A DNA stretch of 64,000 nucleotides from Auanema rhodensis (GCA_964057225.1 OZ059895.1:5642001-5706000); one strand, 5' to 3'. Shown: positions 36,973-52,208, counted from the first letter of the stretch. Notes: generated by a model not told the origin, from the letters alone. Translations and numbers: made by a program.

Positions 36973-39900
36973 ATGATGTTATAAGCATTGAGGAAGTATA
37001 TGAAATTATTCACCTTTTTCTTTTCATGATATTGAAAACTATCCAACATTTATCTCTTCATTTCGAAAATTTAAAGGAAAAAAAAAGAATAAAAAAAGAT
37101 TTGGTTTGAATTTATCACATTATCAAATTTGTCTTCTTAAATTCATTTTTTTATTTTGTATAATAACAAAATTGATTTTTTTGTTAATTGTACGTCATTT
37201 AATATCTATTTGTTCTTGCCTTTTATATTATTTATCGGGTGTGACAAACTCCCTTTCTTTCTGTTCCACCTTCTACATAAATACATATATCCACTCTGTC
37301 TCTCCTTAATTTCTCTTAACATTTTTTTTTCTTCGATATTGTGTTAATATTCTTTCAAATTTTGTAGGAACAGTATATGTATATGCATTTATCTCCAATC
37401 AGAATACTAGAAGCAATATAGCTGAAGCAGTAAATGTATTCTTGCTTTCTTGCTCTCATTGGCGTCGGCGTCATGTCATTTATGTAATAGATATATCTAT
37501 TCTTATTATTTTTTATGCCTTGATGTTTTCCACGTTTTTTTTTTTAAAAGGGAGTGACATAGCAAGTAGTCTGTCAGATCATGCTAAGCATTTAAGAGAT
37601 ATCTGTTGAGATGTTCACTGTTCTATATGCATCTATGTAATTCTTTTTTCGATAAAAATTTATTTCGAGTTCTATTATTCTAATTTTATCATTTAATCTT
37701 TCTATATCATTCTCTCTTTCTCTTTTTACTTATATATATTCCTTTGTATTGGCTAGGCTATTCCTTTCTTAGGAAAAACGTATGGTTACGTGTCTCTCGT
37801 CCTCGACCAGAACTTTGCCGCCTCGTTTTGAAAAGAACTTTAGTTCTTACGAAGTGTGTAACTCGGCACGCAGTCTGCCTGCGCTGCTACTCAGATTTAC
37901 TGAGTCGTTCTGTTCTTTACAGAAGTCTCTTTCTCTCTGTATCTCTCTTTCTTTCTTTCTCTCTCTCTCGTATTATTTTTCTTTCTTTCTCTAATACGTT
38001 TTTAAAATTTTATTTAGCAAAGAAACTGAAACGAATTAAAATATAAAAAAATTAAATACAGATTGTATTCAACAAATACATGAACAGTTAATATATCTAT
38101 ATATGAAAAAAAATGTATAGATTCTTATTATTATAATATTGTATACATTTATTATATTTTAACTATAATATTTTGTCAATTCTCAGCATTACATCTATCT
38201 AGCACTACGTAATTAATTTTCTTGTTTCCAAAAACGAAATATACATGTAGTTACGGTAAGCAATGAAGTTATGAATTAAACATCAAATGTCCCTCAAAAA
38301 TATATTTGTTTATTTTTGAAATATATATATATATATATGGATATGAACAAATACAATTTTTTAAAAAATAAAATTGTTTCTCAACTATTATATGACATAG
38401 TTTGAGATTTTATTGAATTTTTTTGAACAGATAAAGCTTATACTTTTGAATATATGCATTCTATCATATAAGTGAGGGCCATATTGAAAATAATATATTT
38501 ACGTATAATATTTACTTAATTAAGGAAAAATTCAAGAAATAATGTTATATTAATGATTAATACATTATTTATTTTGATTTGACTATATGAAATATCGTTA
38601 CTTACGTGATACGATGATGAAATTGTTTTGAATTTCGTCATCTACACCTCATCACTTACTATATTAACTATACGAACCTTTTTCCCTCTCTCTTTCTATC
38701 TCGTATTCCCTTTATCATTCCTCTTTTAAACTCTCGCATCCTTTTACTTACTTCTTCTCTCTATAACACTTAGTCTTTCTCTCACCCCAGAATTTCAGAG
38801 AAGGTAATGCCCAATCAATTCTTATGATGCAACGAAGAACCATATGACATCTTCATTTCTAATATCTTCCTCAATCTATTGTCTATTTCACTCTCTTTCT
38901 CCTTCTCCACCTCCCACCATTTTCATCATTTTTTCCTCACAATTCATCACCCATTCAATTTATAGATGTAGATATTCATATGTATATCTAGATTTAACTA
39001 GTTTTATTGAGAGCATCTTCATCTTAACCAAAAAAAACTTAAAGGACCATCATAAGCAGTATAAAAATAATTGCTGATGATGATTGTATATGTGCTTTCT
39101 TCAAAGCCAAAAATCTTTTCGGCACCTTTTGTCAGCATTCAACCATCCATCCCTCTATATCATTGCCTGCTCAGCCCCTTTCTCTCTCATTCACACACAC
39201 ACACATTCTCTCTCTCTCTTTTTTTCTCTCTCTCTCTCTCTATGTGTATATATAGATATTCATTTCTAAGGTAAAAGAAATCAAAATACAATTGTATAAA
39301 TCATATATATGTCAACTTCTTCTTTTTATTTTATTTTTCTTATTTTATTCTTCAGTTTTATATAAATTTCTTTAACTTTAGTTCTTCTATTATCTTTATA
39401 TTTCTTTGCTTTTATAAGCAACATTATCTACAAAGTACACATTTATGAAATGGCTATATCAAATTGTTTCCATGGTAACAAGCGAGGCAGATAATTAGGC
39501 AAAATAAGTAAACAAGTTATATTATAGTTTTTCTTTTCTCTTATATCTTTCTTCGACTTTCACATTTCATCATTTATTTCTCTCTATTCTCTTGATATAT
39601 CTCATCACTCTTACTTCACAATTACCTCCCTCCCCCCTCCCCTCCACTCTCTCTTTCTTTCTTAATACTCTTCGTTTGTTAAAGCTTATATATTAATTTT
39701 ATCTTATTTTCTTACTTTTGTCTTGACTTTCAACTAATTTTGAATTTTTCACGTTAAAAAAAAAAGAAAGGAAAAGTATTTCCTTTTGATGTTAAAAAGA
39801 AGTTCATGAATATTACGGTTATTTGGTTTGAACTTTAAAGGTCATAAAATGATCACATCTTTTCGTTTTATTATTATCTTTTAGATATATATATTGAACA

Positions 39901-40710
39901 TTTTTTTTCTTTTCTTTCTTGTATTATGAAGTTTGTTATTGTGTTTTTTTTCTGTTTTTCATTCACTACTACCACTACCACTTTAAAACCCATGCTCATG
40001 AGCTTTTCCTTTTTCTCTGTTTGCTTCCTTATTCACTACCCTCATTTCTCTAAACATTCCATATTTTTTATATAATTTATTGTTACTGATTCTTTAATAT
40101 TTACTTCAAAATATATCTGGCAAATCATCGATATTTATGCGTTTCAATTCAATTTTGTATCAAAAAACATTTGAATGTTAAACCATAGACATGAAAGCCA
40201 AAATTAGAAATATTGCTGATGATGTGACATCATAGTTACAGGCAAGCTACTCCTTTTCTCTTTTCTATCATGTATGTATGTTATACTTTTGAAATCGTGT
40301 TCATATTATATATTTCATCATACTATTATGATCCAAGATACTTTCAATACATATTATCTTTGGATATTGGATTCTCTTATGCATTTTAACATTTCATTTT
40401 TATTTTTCATCATCGTTTATATAAGCTCATTTTCTCTCATTACTTTCTTCGTACTCTTCGTCTGGTATTACGAAAAAAAAGAAAAGAAAGAACAAAGACA
40501 TTGAGAAGAAGAGTATTAATGGCATTTCTTGTGCTTCAACTGTCCCTTATTCATGATGACACGAAAGAACTTAATCACATCCAATAATTACTCTTTATAC
40601 CAAATTTTCACAGACTTAAAAACACTATGAAGTAGATAGTTATAGAAGCAGAGATCATTTTTGGATTAGAACAGTACATAAGGAGAACAACTTAGAGAGA
40701 GAGGGGGAGA

Positions 40711-40770
40711 GAAAGAGAGAGAAAGAGAGAGAAAGAGAGAGAAAGAGAGAGAAAGATAGAGAAAGATAGA
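40711..40770. repeat. 10-bp tandem repeat (gaaagagaga/gaaagataga) x6
   Basis: Read directly. Confidence 0.9.
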
Positions 40771-42752
40771 GATATTCGTTTTCATCTGTTGGCCTGAAAG
40801 ATTGCCTGATGTAGCACCTGATTTCATATTTACAACGCCTTTCCAGAATTAATAAAATGTAGTTAACTAACTATATGTTTCTATACTATGCAATACATAG
40901 TAAAGTATTTGCATAATAAGTGTATATGAGCTAGTATTGTTGAGCGTTCACAAGCACAGAAGAGGAAATCGAAGATGTGAATTGAAGAAGTAGCAAATGC
41001 TATGAATAAAGCTAAAGTTAAAGATAAAGAAAGATAGTTATGTGATTTGTCTTCAGATTTAAGTCTAGTGATACATCTGCTGTTCCGGATGTTGTTGCGA
41101 ATGTCGAACGATTTCGACTCAACGTGCATCGTAATGCTGTTGATGTCAAAAAGGCAAAAACTGAACAAATCAAACTTGAACACATTACTTTAATTCAAAA
41201 ATTATGATCGAAAAGCATGCATTGCTCTCAAGCCAGGCCAAACACATGCATATATCATCAGTCATATGAAAAATGATCAAGAAATAGAAATATGTTTGAA
41301 GGACGTGAAGCAGAATGATGCGCCATGACGTCGTCATCATCCATGCAGATGTGAGGCAGTCAATGAACAAAGCGAGGATTAAACAGAAAAGTTGAAGGAT
41401 TGAACGACTTGCTAGATTTTGGACGAAGACGGACAAGAAGAAAGAGACACGTTGATTATGAACGACATGAACACAGCGTTACTGCTTTACCCCCTTGATG
41501 TGTGTGCCGTACTCGTCTATTACACCATCTAGGGCTCATAATGTACTTCACCTCCTGCGGTCACTTAGCTGGTCTCTCTTCATCTTCAATCGTTTCTGAA
41601 ACATTTCGTTCTCTGCTCATCTTCCTTCATATCTTTATGCTCACGCCGACATGCCTTTTCTTTATTTCTGTATCTCTCGTCATCTTTCTCCTCTCTATCT
41701 CTCTCTCTCTCTCAGTTTTTATTATTTCACATCTGTCCATCAGGTCATTTTTTTGTTTCGTTCGCACCAATAATTCAAACATAAATATTCTTAATAATCA
41801 ATCGAATATAGTATAAAATATGTTTATTTAAATTGAATATAATATTAATTATACTATATTAAGTCTAACATGCCTGCGACTAGGCGTGATAACGAGTTAT
41901 GCGTAATCTACGTGGATTACGTGTTCATCTATGCCTATGGCATTGAAATGATTTTCATTTTTAATTGAAAACGCTTTGTGAACGGTTGGCTACGTATTAA
42001 TTGAGCTTAACAATGTGACTACAGCTGATTCAGTCAGCAATTGAATATGTACATGGAAAGAAGAACGTTGACGATGTAATAACCACAAGCAGCAGTAGAA
42101 GCAGCAGCGCCAACAGTGGTAGTAGTGGCGGCGGTTGTAGTAACCCTAATAGAACATATGCCTACAACGAACCACGATTCATGCCAAAGTTGCGCAGCAG
42201 AAGAAAAACATAATAGATCAGAGATAAAAGAAAAAAGTACGTGTCACCGGAAAGGAAGCTTTTAACTGCCTTGGCATCTTCCTAATGCTGAATCGGTGTT
42301 GTATGTCCAGCATGAGATGTCAGAAAAAATGAGCCCATAAACAAAGAGCAACCACATCAAACTGCATCAAATAAAAGTAAGAGAAATTGATAAGAGAGAA
42401 AGAGAGTGGGGACAAGCACAATGGCGCCACACAGCCTACCAAGAGGTCTTCTCTCAGATTTAATTGTGTATTATGTGTTATGTGGATTTGTAGCAGGATG
42501 TTGGTGCTGCTGTGTCTGTGGCACATGAAAAGTAAGTTTGTCCCTTTCTTTTGTTTCTCTCTCTCTTTCTCTCTCTTTCTCTTCCTTTGTTTCGCTTACT
42601 CGCCCTATTTTTCTCTCTAAGTCTTTCTGTTTCCCTTTTTTCTCGCTCTTTATATCTTCTGCTCTCTCTTCTTTATTTTTTTAATGTTGAATGCTTATTA
42701 TTGGTAGTTTCTCTTCCTCTCAGTTTCTCTCTTTTGATTTACCTCTTTCACT

Positions 42753-42999
<247 letters not shown>

Positions 43000-44105
43000 C
43001 GCCACACACAGTCTTCACTTTCTGTCCACGCTTGTCTTTTCTCCATCCAGTTAGTATCCTCTCTCTCCCTCTCTCTTCTTCCATCTCTATACCTCTCTTT
43101 TGCTCTCTTTTTCTCTCCGGCTACAGCTGCTGACGTGATATAGTCAGACAGCTAGAGTACGTACAAGCTAGACATGTAGAGGACGTCTCGTTCCGGTCTT
43201 CGTCCATCTGGAACACTATCTTCATTTGGTGGTGGTGATATTTCAACTTCATCTCTACACACCAAAGCCTTATCAGTTTTTAAAGCACATTTTGCTCAAA
43301 TTTGGCTTTACTACCGTACTAATCGATCCAAAGAAAATTTGGTTGGGCGTAAAATTGGCGAAGTTGAAAGCTGCTCTGGCTCGAGTCGCCTAGCGGCTAA
43401 CGAGACCTATTGATTGGTTACATATATGCTGAAAATACGTGCTTACAAGTGTTGCCAAGCCTCAAATGGAATTGAAAATGGTATTCAATACAGTTTTCAA
43501 CATATTTATTTTTCGTAAAATTGTCATCCCTCTTTATGAAATATATAATTTGCGTACCTTTACGTATAGCCCCATTTGGTTATCCGACGTACATTGAGGT
43601 CAAATTAGAGCATTTTATTGTTTATTTGCCTCTTTGTTCGAGCATAGCTAAGTTAATTTATAATATTAAAATCTCTACTTTGTCTTGTACTTTTTTTATT
43701 CCTTTTTGTAACATTGATTATATGTTTTTAACAAGAAGCATTTTATTTTTCTGTTCACTCTGTATACGAGCTTCGACTTGTTTTGTGATTTAAGCTCTTG
43801 TTATACTTTAAACTTTGTGAAAAACCATTCAAATAACTGTGGAATTGTGTAAATTCGCTTAGTAATGATTACATATAAGTGAGCATTAAAATATTACTAT
43901 CATATACACTGTTCATAAGAGCAAAGAACTCAGAGACGCTTCCTATTTTGAGCTTTTCTTGCTCTTTCACTCATATCCTTATGACGATTTTTGATTTTAT
44001 TGTTTAACCGTTTCTTAGAAAATCGTAATAACATTTCTTTATTTTATTTTTTTGTACAAAAACTCTTGCTAAATTTATGTTTTTGTTCAAGAAGCTGTAG
44101 TCGTA

Positions 44106-47100
44106 ATGCAAAAACGTGCAAGGGTGGTGGAGTCGCAGAAGTTGCGAAGGACTATTAAAGGAAGATGTAGATTAAACGACCCCCTCAGAGACAGGTTAGT
44201 TTTTAGCTTATACTTATATTCACAGTTTTTATGACTTTAATTTTGGTCTCATATTAGCAGACTTCAAGAAATATTCCAATTATATGCCAAGTGAAGTGTC
44301 ATGCTCGTTAAGCTTGTATAGCATGTCTCATAATGCTAACGCTTTTAATTAGCGTTAACTTCACTTTGCCAAAAAATCATTTTCACTTGAATTATAATGC
44401 TCATAATTTTCAGTGTATCTGTATCAATGGCATATTTCCGTCTATTTATTTTGTGGATTTTAATAATAACTATCGACGTTCTCGTAGGCTTCCGCTTTGA
44501 ATTGCTTTGGCCTTTTTGGCTTGTTTCACGATCCTGCTACGAGTCATTTTCAAAAAATCAAAACACTGTTGTTACACTAGCCAATCAAAACACAGTAGTA
44601 AGTTCTAGTTTATTTCTTTTTTTTTGTATTTTTTCTAATATGTCTTTTACTGTTTTTTTTAAAGTCTTTACATTCTTCTTGTTCAATTTGCGCTCTCACG
44701 TTTTTTCAACCTCTTTCTTTCTTCCTTTCTTTCTTTCTTTCTTTCTTTCTGTCTGTCTGTCTGTTGTTCAATCAAGTCCTCCCTTTCCATCCTTCTTTAG
44801 CGGTATTTTCTAATTTTTTCGATATTTTTCAGAGGTTTTCTTTGTTTTTCGTCTGCATAACAGCGACCTCAGATCTCGTCTGTTTAATTTTTATACCTGT
44901 GCCATGGATGATCTTTCTGGCATCAACATATGTATGGGTGAGCTTAATATGGTCAACCCATGGCGGGTTTCGATCGATCTCTCTAGCAGGAGGAGGTAAT
45001 CATAAGCTTTCTCATATATCTTATTTCTCCTAATTGGTATGAATATAGTTATTTGCTTTGTTTCAGGTGAAAGATCACAAGTAGTGCCGATAGCACTTCT
45101 AGGATTTTTCGTTATCACCTTTGAGTTTTTCTGTCGAAAGCGGTTAGTTTTGTAATTTATACTGTAAGATTTAAGAGTTATGTTATAGATGCGACTTGCT
45201 TCCATATGTTACAGATGGAAACCCATTCTCAAGTTATATCGGGTTAACCAGGCGTAAGTCGTTCATACCAAGGCTTAAATTATAGAATAGTTTCAGTACC
45301 ATCTTGTGAGCATGTGCAAGGATTAAGTCCTATTATACCGAGAAATCTGAACGCGTTCTTCGGAGCTCATTGTATTGGATATCCCCTTGTACTTATATCA
45401 TTTAGTATACGGTATTACTTCAGGTAAACATTTATTTTCTAATTCCTTCATTACAAATATTTTTATTAACCGATTTACTTGCTTTTTTTTGCCATATAAT
45501 ATCTGTATTATTTATCGTATTTTCTTTAAAATATTTTTTGTCTCAAATTTCCATTTCTTTTTGCAAAAATTCTCTGATCTGCTCACTAATTATATTTTTA
45601 ATTAAACGTTGAAATTATTTGCTTCATAATTAATTTTTTTACAGGGAATGGCTTATTAATCGGAAACGATATGAAGTCACCAAACGGAATGAGTTATATC
45701 AACGACTTCTTACAGAAGCCTTACCTGCTATATATGATGGTCCTCGTGACTATTCCATAAGGAATCCTCCCCTTGAAGATGGAGGTTTGTAATTCTTTTC
45801 TTTATTTTTCTGTATTTTCATTTCTTAGATGGAGATTTGCTAGATCTTCCTGCTGCTCCTCCTATGATAATGCCTGCTTCGGTAGTTTCTAATGGAACCT
45901 CAAATGGTTCATTGAAACGGTCTTCGACGAAGGTAATGATTTTCATCTTATTTTCTTAGACCTCTTTAATATTATTTTTTAGCCTGGTAATGGCGTTAGA
46001 AATAGGGGTAATGGACGATCTAAAACTGGTACTACTGTTAATAATTCAAGTCAACGATTGAATGAACGACGACGAGAAGAAGAGGAGGACAGTGATGGTA
46101 TGTGTTTTTTTTGTAATTTAATTGAAATTTACTTACAATGTTTGTTCAGGAAGTGAAGAATGGCGGGAAGGTATACAGAAATCATCTGGAGGTCCTTTGT
46201 GGCTACGTTTGGCGTATGAAGGAGTCTCCTGGCTTGTTGGTACGTTGACTCAATCTGTTGAGCAAGATATCGATGACGAAGATGATGAAAGTCAAGCCGA
46301 AGAGTCTTCTAAGAAGGTATTTCCTGAGTAATGCGTTTGTTTTTAAATTCTAGTTTAATTCTAGTTAACTCGAAATGGTGACATGAGCAAGGTTCGTGGA
46401 GGTTCTACGGTCCCGATCTCATCGGCTCGTAAAGGTCGCGGAAGAGAAAAGGCAAAAGACAAAACGAGTTCTTCACATGTTCCGGATAGAGAAAAGGTTT
46501 TTTGTTCTTTTAGCTTTCGTATAACCATGTTTTTGATTATTATAGTCATCTAATAGCGTATACCTGTCAAATGGTCTTTCACATCCTCCACCATCGGCAA
46601 TCGATCAGCGGGATAGTAGCCGAGAAACAAGTGTTTCACAGGTTGTTACTCCCATTTCTCAATCTAGGTATACCTATCTTTCTGATTTTCCAAAAACATT
46701 TCTTTGTTTTAGTCACAGTCATGAGCTGGAGCGCTTACGATCTGATGTCATGCAACTTCGAGCAACTGAGCAAGATGCCCGATTGCAGTTGTCTAATAGC
46801 CGAAATAATGAAAATTCCTTCCGCCAAGAAGTTACTCAATTGAAGAATAGTTTGTCAAGAATGGAGAATCGGTACACATCATTTTTACCATATTCAATAT
46901 CTATTTTACATCGTTAAGTTATGCTGCTTTGGAGAAGATGCGTGAAAACGATCAAAAATCCCTTTCTCAGTTGGATAATAAATATGCTGAGCTGGTTTCT
47001 CGCAAAAATGAGATCGAGCGGGAGTTGTTTAGTGAACGAAATGCTCGAAAAGAGGATGGAGGAAAGAGGTATGTTATTCAATTCTTTCTGTCCTTATCTG

Positions 47101-47920
47101 CTTTATACTTGCATTTTTGTGTTTGCCTCATAAAAAATTCCAGATCTGAAACTGCAGAACAATTTCGTGAGCGGGAGCGTCAATTGGAGCGAGATATCGA
47201 TCGTCTTCGAGTTGAGAATGCTTCAAAAGATGATCATATTATGACAATTGAACATGAACTTAATGATTTGAAGAAATATAAGGAAAACAACGAAAATGAT
47301 ATTAGTGGCCGTGAAGATGAGATTCGAACCCTTCGTGAGAAGGTGAAAGCGCTAGAAGAATCTTTGCAATCTGAGAATAAGTTGAAACAAGATTTATTTC
47401 GTGCTCTTGCCCTTAAAAATGCTCAGAATGCTGATTTAAAAGGTTCGTTTCATGTCGTGTTCTTTTCATATCTAACTAGTTTTTTAAAATTCCAGAAAAA
47501 CTAAGATCTCCTGAAATTTCGTCTCTTTCCGTCAACGTTGGCAATGCTATAACACTGCCAGAGAAATTATCACCATCGTCTCAATCATTGAATTCTTCTC
47601 CCACCATTGCACCAGCTTCTTTGTCACCCCCCGCTTACAACATTGCTGTCCAGCCTACGAAAATAGAAAACCAGATGGGAGACTATTTGTATGTTTTGAA
47701 TTCTTAATAGAATTGATAGTGATTCCAAATTGTATTTTATAATCCTCCTTTCAGATATACTGCTCTCAAACAACATCATTCTTCTCCAACTGGTGAGCAT
47801 ATGCTTTTCGATCAGCCAACTCTAGCCCCATCTCCATGTTCTATGATTCCGCCGGATCAACTATGGTCGGATCGAATGGGAAAGTTCGGAGCTCCTGCCA
47901 ATCCTGCTCGATCTAATTAG
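44106..47920 (+). CDS. maco-1: Macoilin (TMEM57)
   Basis: FRFELLWPFW, CITATSDLVCLIFIPVPW, FFGAHCIGYP, long C-terminal coiled coil (SLQSENKLKQDLFRAL) and the end MGKFGAPANPARSN*. Confidence 0.93.
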
Positions 47921-49408
47921 GGTATACAACGGGGCGTGGAAAGCGAAGGCTTGAAGCTCAGCTATATTGTCCAAGACCTTTGGCAGCGTTTCATCATCCA
48001 TCTGTGTTTATGCCTTCATGTTGTGTATTTCATCATTTTTAAGCATAATCCCACACAGCTCTAGCCTAATCACGGTTGGATGACCGTGTCCTAGCCATTC
48101 CGCATCTTCCTGCCGTTTTGTAGGATCTAACTTTTAGTTTCTAGCCTAAGTTTTGTTATTAATTAAGTTTTAGTCAGCGAACTTCATCTCGTTCATACTC
48201 CGAAATTAGCCGAGAAGGTCGTTTGTTAAATTATACATATTCTTTAATTTATTAAGAAAACCTCCTCGGTGTACAGGTGCTAAGCTATTTTTCCGGAGTT
48301 CTAGCATCTTCTAATAATACCAGTCGTATCGCATTTATTCTAAGTCCCTTCTTCTATTTTCAAGCCTCATAAAACACCTTTTTTTGCTTTAGCCAAGCTC
48401 GGTTAGAAAGATAACTTTTTTTTTCTTTCACTTTTTTCCCGAGCTAAAGCTAATGCCTTCCGAAGATGAGTTGCGGCTTTTTTTGCCGATCGTATCGTAC
48501 TAGTCCGTTTTTTTGCATTTTTAATAGCTCTTACCCTCCTTTATTTTTAAAAGTATTCAATGTTTGTTCTCACAAAGAATAATTTTAAACACTTACATTC
48601 TAAAGAATGACAGTTGTGTGTAGAAATCTAATTTTCTTCATTATATGCTCTCACTCACACGGTTTGCACACACTTCTATTTAAATGCTATTTCTAAAAAA
48701 ATTGACTCTTTCTCTTTTCATATAGTATCTTTTCTTCGTATGCCACCGGATCTCATTATACGGTTTCTCTACAATTTTACATGGTTTTCTCTTTCGCAGA
48801 TTCGTTTTTATTGGTTCATTCGCATGTCCCTGTGCATGAAGCTGGCTTCATGGTCAGCTTCTCTTGTTATTAGTACCCAAATGCAGGCTTTATCATCAGA
48901 TTTCAGCTTTTGAGCTATTTATTTTACGATTTTCCTTAATGATCAACATTTTATCTCCTATTTATCTAACTATCTATGCTCTCAATTACGAAAAGATCTG
49001 CAATTAAGTTGAAATCTATTAAAATTACTGTGATTTCGGATCAAGAAAGATGACAGAAAACCAATAAAATATTCTTTAATGAAATTTTTAACTCAATATA
49101 CAGTCTTATGTGAAAATATAAACAATGCAAACAGTTATAGAAACACAATTTGAGTTCTTTGTCTAAAGAAGAACAATTTAAACTGAAGAAAATTAAAGCA
49201 AACGTATTCGCTCAATAGCACGAAAAGAAGAAGCTCAATTTGCCAGATAATGTATGGCATGGTGGCCGTTGATGAGCTGAAGGGTCCTGGAAGATCTAAT
49301 AGAATTTCAAGAACTAGCTGCCCGTGCTTAAGTGCTATCAACGTCTTCAAGCAGTCTGCCAAGAAGTAGGGTAGTAATTCGTTAGCGTCATCTGAGCCGT
49401 TTGTGATT

Positions 49409-51939
49409 ATGAGTGTCGTTAGCGTTTGTAATCTCATAACTATTCAACTGTTACTGATAATCATATTTATATGTAATCTGGCTGCTTGTAATCCTTATAA
49501 AAAGCTTTTCGATGATCTATTATGGAAGTTAGTTTGAACAAGCGTTAAGCACATTTCAGCTAAACAATAGAAGATGATTTGTTATTTTTTTTTCTTTCAT
49601 AGTTATAATAAACTTGTTCGCCCAGTAGAACATGCTAACGAGACTATAAGCATTGAGTTCAAGTTGAAAATGGATATGCTAGTTGATGTTCACGAACGAG
49701 ATCAGGTGTTAACAACCAATGGATGGTTATTACATGTTAGTTAAATATAAATATTTCATTTATATCATAACTTTTAAATAATTTCATTGTTTGCATAATG
49801 CGTATATATATATATATTAAATTTGGAGAGATGGCATGACTATCGCCTTATGTGGTCTCCTGATGAATATGGAGGAGTAAAGCATATACATATACCCGGA
49901 GAAATGCTTTGGTTACCAGATATTATATTATATAACAAGTTAGATTGTTTTTGATTGAATAGTTTATGAATGAGGACAGCATTCAGTGCTCATGGCAGTC
50001 CTTGTGCAGTGTCAATTACAAAAGTTATGGTGCAGCATAGTGGTGTTTTAGTATGAAAATTATTATTATTTAACCATGAATTCTTTAAATTTAAGATTTG
50101 GGAACCAGCTGTCAAATATATGTCTTTTTGTAACATTGATATAGAATGGTATCCATATGATGTTCAAAACTGTGAGTTAAAATTTGGAAGCTGGACATAT
50201 GGTGGAACTGAGCTAGATTTGCGTCATGTAACTGATCAAACCTATTTGAACATGTATACTCTCTGTATTTTTAAGCCCAAAACTGATAAAGTTGAGAAGA
50301 TCACTGAAAACGGTGAGCTTATATGGCACGTAGATCGCGGTGTAGATATATCAGATTATCAAGTCAGTTAAAGGCAAGAAAATACATTGTAAAAATGTAT
50401 TGAACTTTTTAGGAATCTGTCGAATGGGATCTTCTCTCAGTTTCCAGTCGTAGACATGAAAAGTGGTACCCATGTTGCGATTATCCGTAAGATTTTAAAT
50501 AAATTTCAAAATATACTGAAATAAAATTCACAGATAAATCAGCTATCATTCTCTAATGAAAAATGAAAATTCTTATACTAACAGTCAAAATATTTATAGA
50601 TAACAATTATTCTGATTGTCTATAGTTACAGAATGATTCAGAAAAAAAGAATATTTTTGAATTAAAAATTTGTTTTCATATCAGAAAAAGCATTTCAATA
50701 TTATTCATTCATATTTCAGCTCTATTGATATTACATATTATCTTAAAATAAGAAGAAAAAAACTTTTTTATACAGTTAACTTGATTATTCCTTGTGTAAG
50801 TCTAGCAGCCTTAACATCTTGGGTAAAGAATAATTTTTAAAATTTCTTAAATATAAATATATAAATTGAATAGGTTTTCTATTTGCCTTGCGAAAGTCAT
50901 CAGAAAATCCAACTATGTATATCTGTTCTAGTATCTTTCACTATTTTCATTCTATTGTTGGTGAGAATAACTAATTTGTTAAACCTTTCTTTAACATCTG
51001 TTTTAGGTTGAAATTATTCCCCCCACAAGTATTGTTATTCCTCTTCTAATTAAATATTTGACATTCACAATGGTAATGGTATCTTTATCTGTAATACTTA
51101 CAGTTAAGGTAAACCTTTTAGTAAAATTAATCAATTTTTAATGAATTCTCACACCATAAAGGTTCAAAATATCCATTTTCGTACATCTGCGTGCCCAATG
51201 TCGCCTTGGATGCGAAGAATTTTTATCGATTGGTTAGGACCAAGGTTACTGATTTCGAGGAAAACCGAACAAGCAAACTATCATAGAAAGGCCCAACATA
51301 ATAAAGTTGGTTTGTATGAAATAGAGATTCGCAAAATATTTAATTTCGGAAGCTTAATGCCTTGTCAGCCATGGTCATCCTAGAGCGGCAATTTCAAAAA
51401 ACAATATTCGAAATTGAGATGGCTACACAAGCCAAAACGCCATTGCCAACAGTTAACGCTCTGTTCGCAGATCTTCCTTTGTTATCGAGGTCCAAAAGCA
51501 TGAAAACATCACTTTTTAAGGGACTCACCAGGTAAAACAGGATTTAGCTATTCTTTTCATCTCCATAAATCTAGTGACAAAAAGAATAAAGTGAGACGAC
51601 AACTGAGTAGCGATAATACTTCAAAAGGAGTCGAAGAACCCCCAGATAAGAAACCGGGTAGTGAAGAATCGGTTCGCGACACACTTCGAAGAGCTGAAAG
51701 AAATGTAAACTACATTTCACAGACCCTGACTGAACGAAGGACTGATGAAGAGGTACTCTAGAAACAGTCATAAATGAAATCCTCAGTTTTAGGCTGCTGC
51801 CGATTGGAAATTCGTTTCACTTGTTGTGGATAGGATCTTATTAATAATATTCGCAACAACCATAACCATTACTTCACTCATAGCTGCTATAGCAGCACCC
51901 TCAATTTTCGATGACACGCCACCCATTACATCTCAGTAA
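49409..51939 (+). CDS. Nicotinic acetylcholine receptor alpha subunit (UNC-38 group, ACR-6-like)
   Basis: Signal peptide, [18 protein letters not shown], Cys-loop [15 protein letters not shown], loop C WYPCC, 4 TMs and [11 protein letters not shown]. Confidence 0.92.
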
Positions 51940-52096
51940 AAATAAAACAGTTTGACAGGAGCAATGTTTATAAATTATCACTCCACAACAAAAACAAATG
52001 AAGAGAAGTCGAAACGAGTTGTGGCAGGATCAGAAAGATGGTTGAAAACGGCAGATCAGGCAGAAATCGTAACATTCAGCTCTCCAGGGAAGCCAT

Positions 52097-52208
52097 CTAC
52101 TTCTTTTGGGCTCTTCTCTTGCGCTTCAGTCTACGCATACGCTTTTTACGCCACTGTAAATAAGGTTATAATAAAGAACTATAAATAAAACCATACCTTT
52201 TCTCTCAT
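52097..52208 (-). CDS. rpl-41: Ribosomal protein eL41
   Basis: Two exons give MREK|WRKKRMRRLKRKRRAQKK*. It is too short to appear in the ORF track. Confidence 0.93.

Noticed and set aside
40881-41816. ORFs 40881-41183, 41185-41436 and 41502-41816
   Set aside because: Non-ATG starts, no recognisable motifs and no consistent exon chain.
48060-48455. Hairpins in the maco-1 3' region as a possible SECIS or miRNA
   Set aside because: No SECIS core, no in-frame UGA in maco-1, and stems are short or interrupted.
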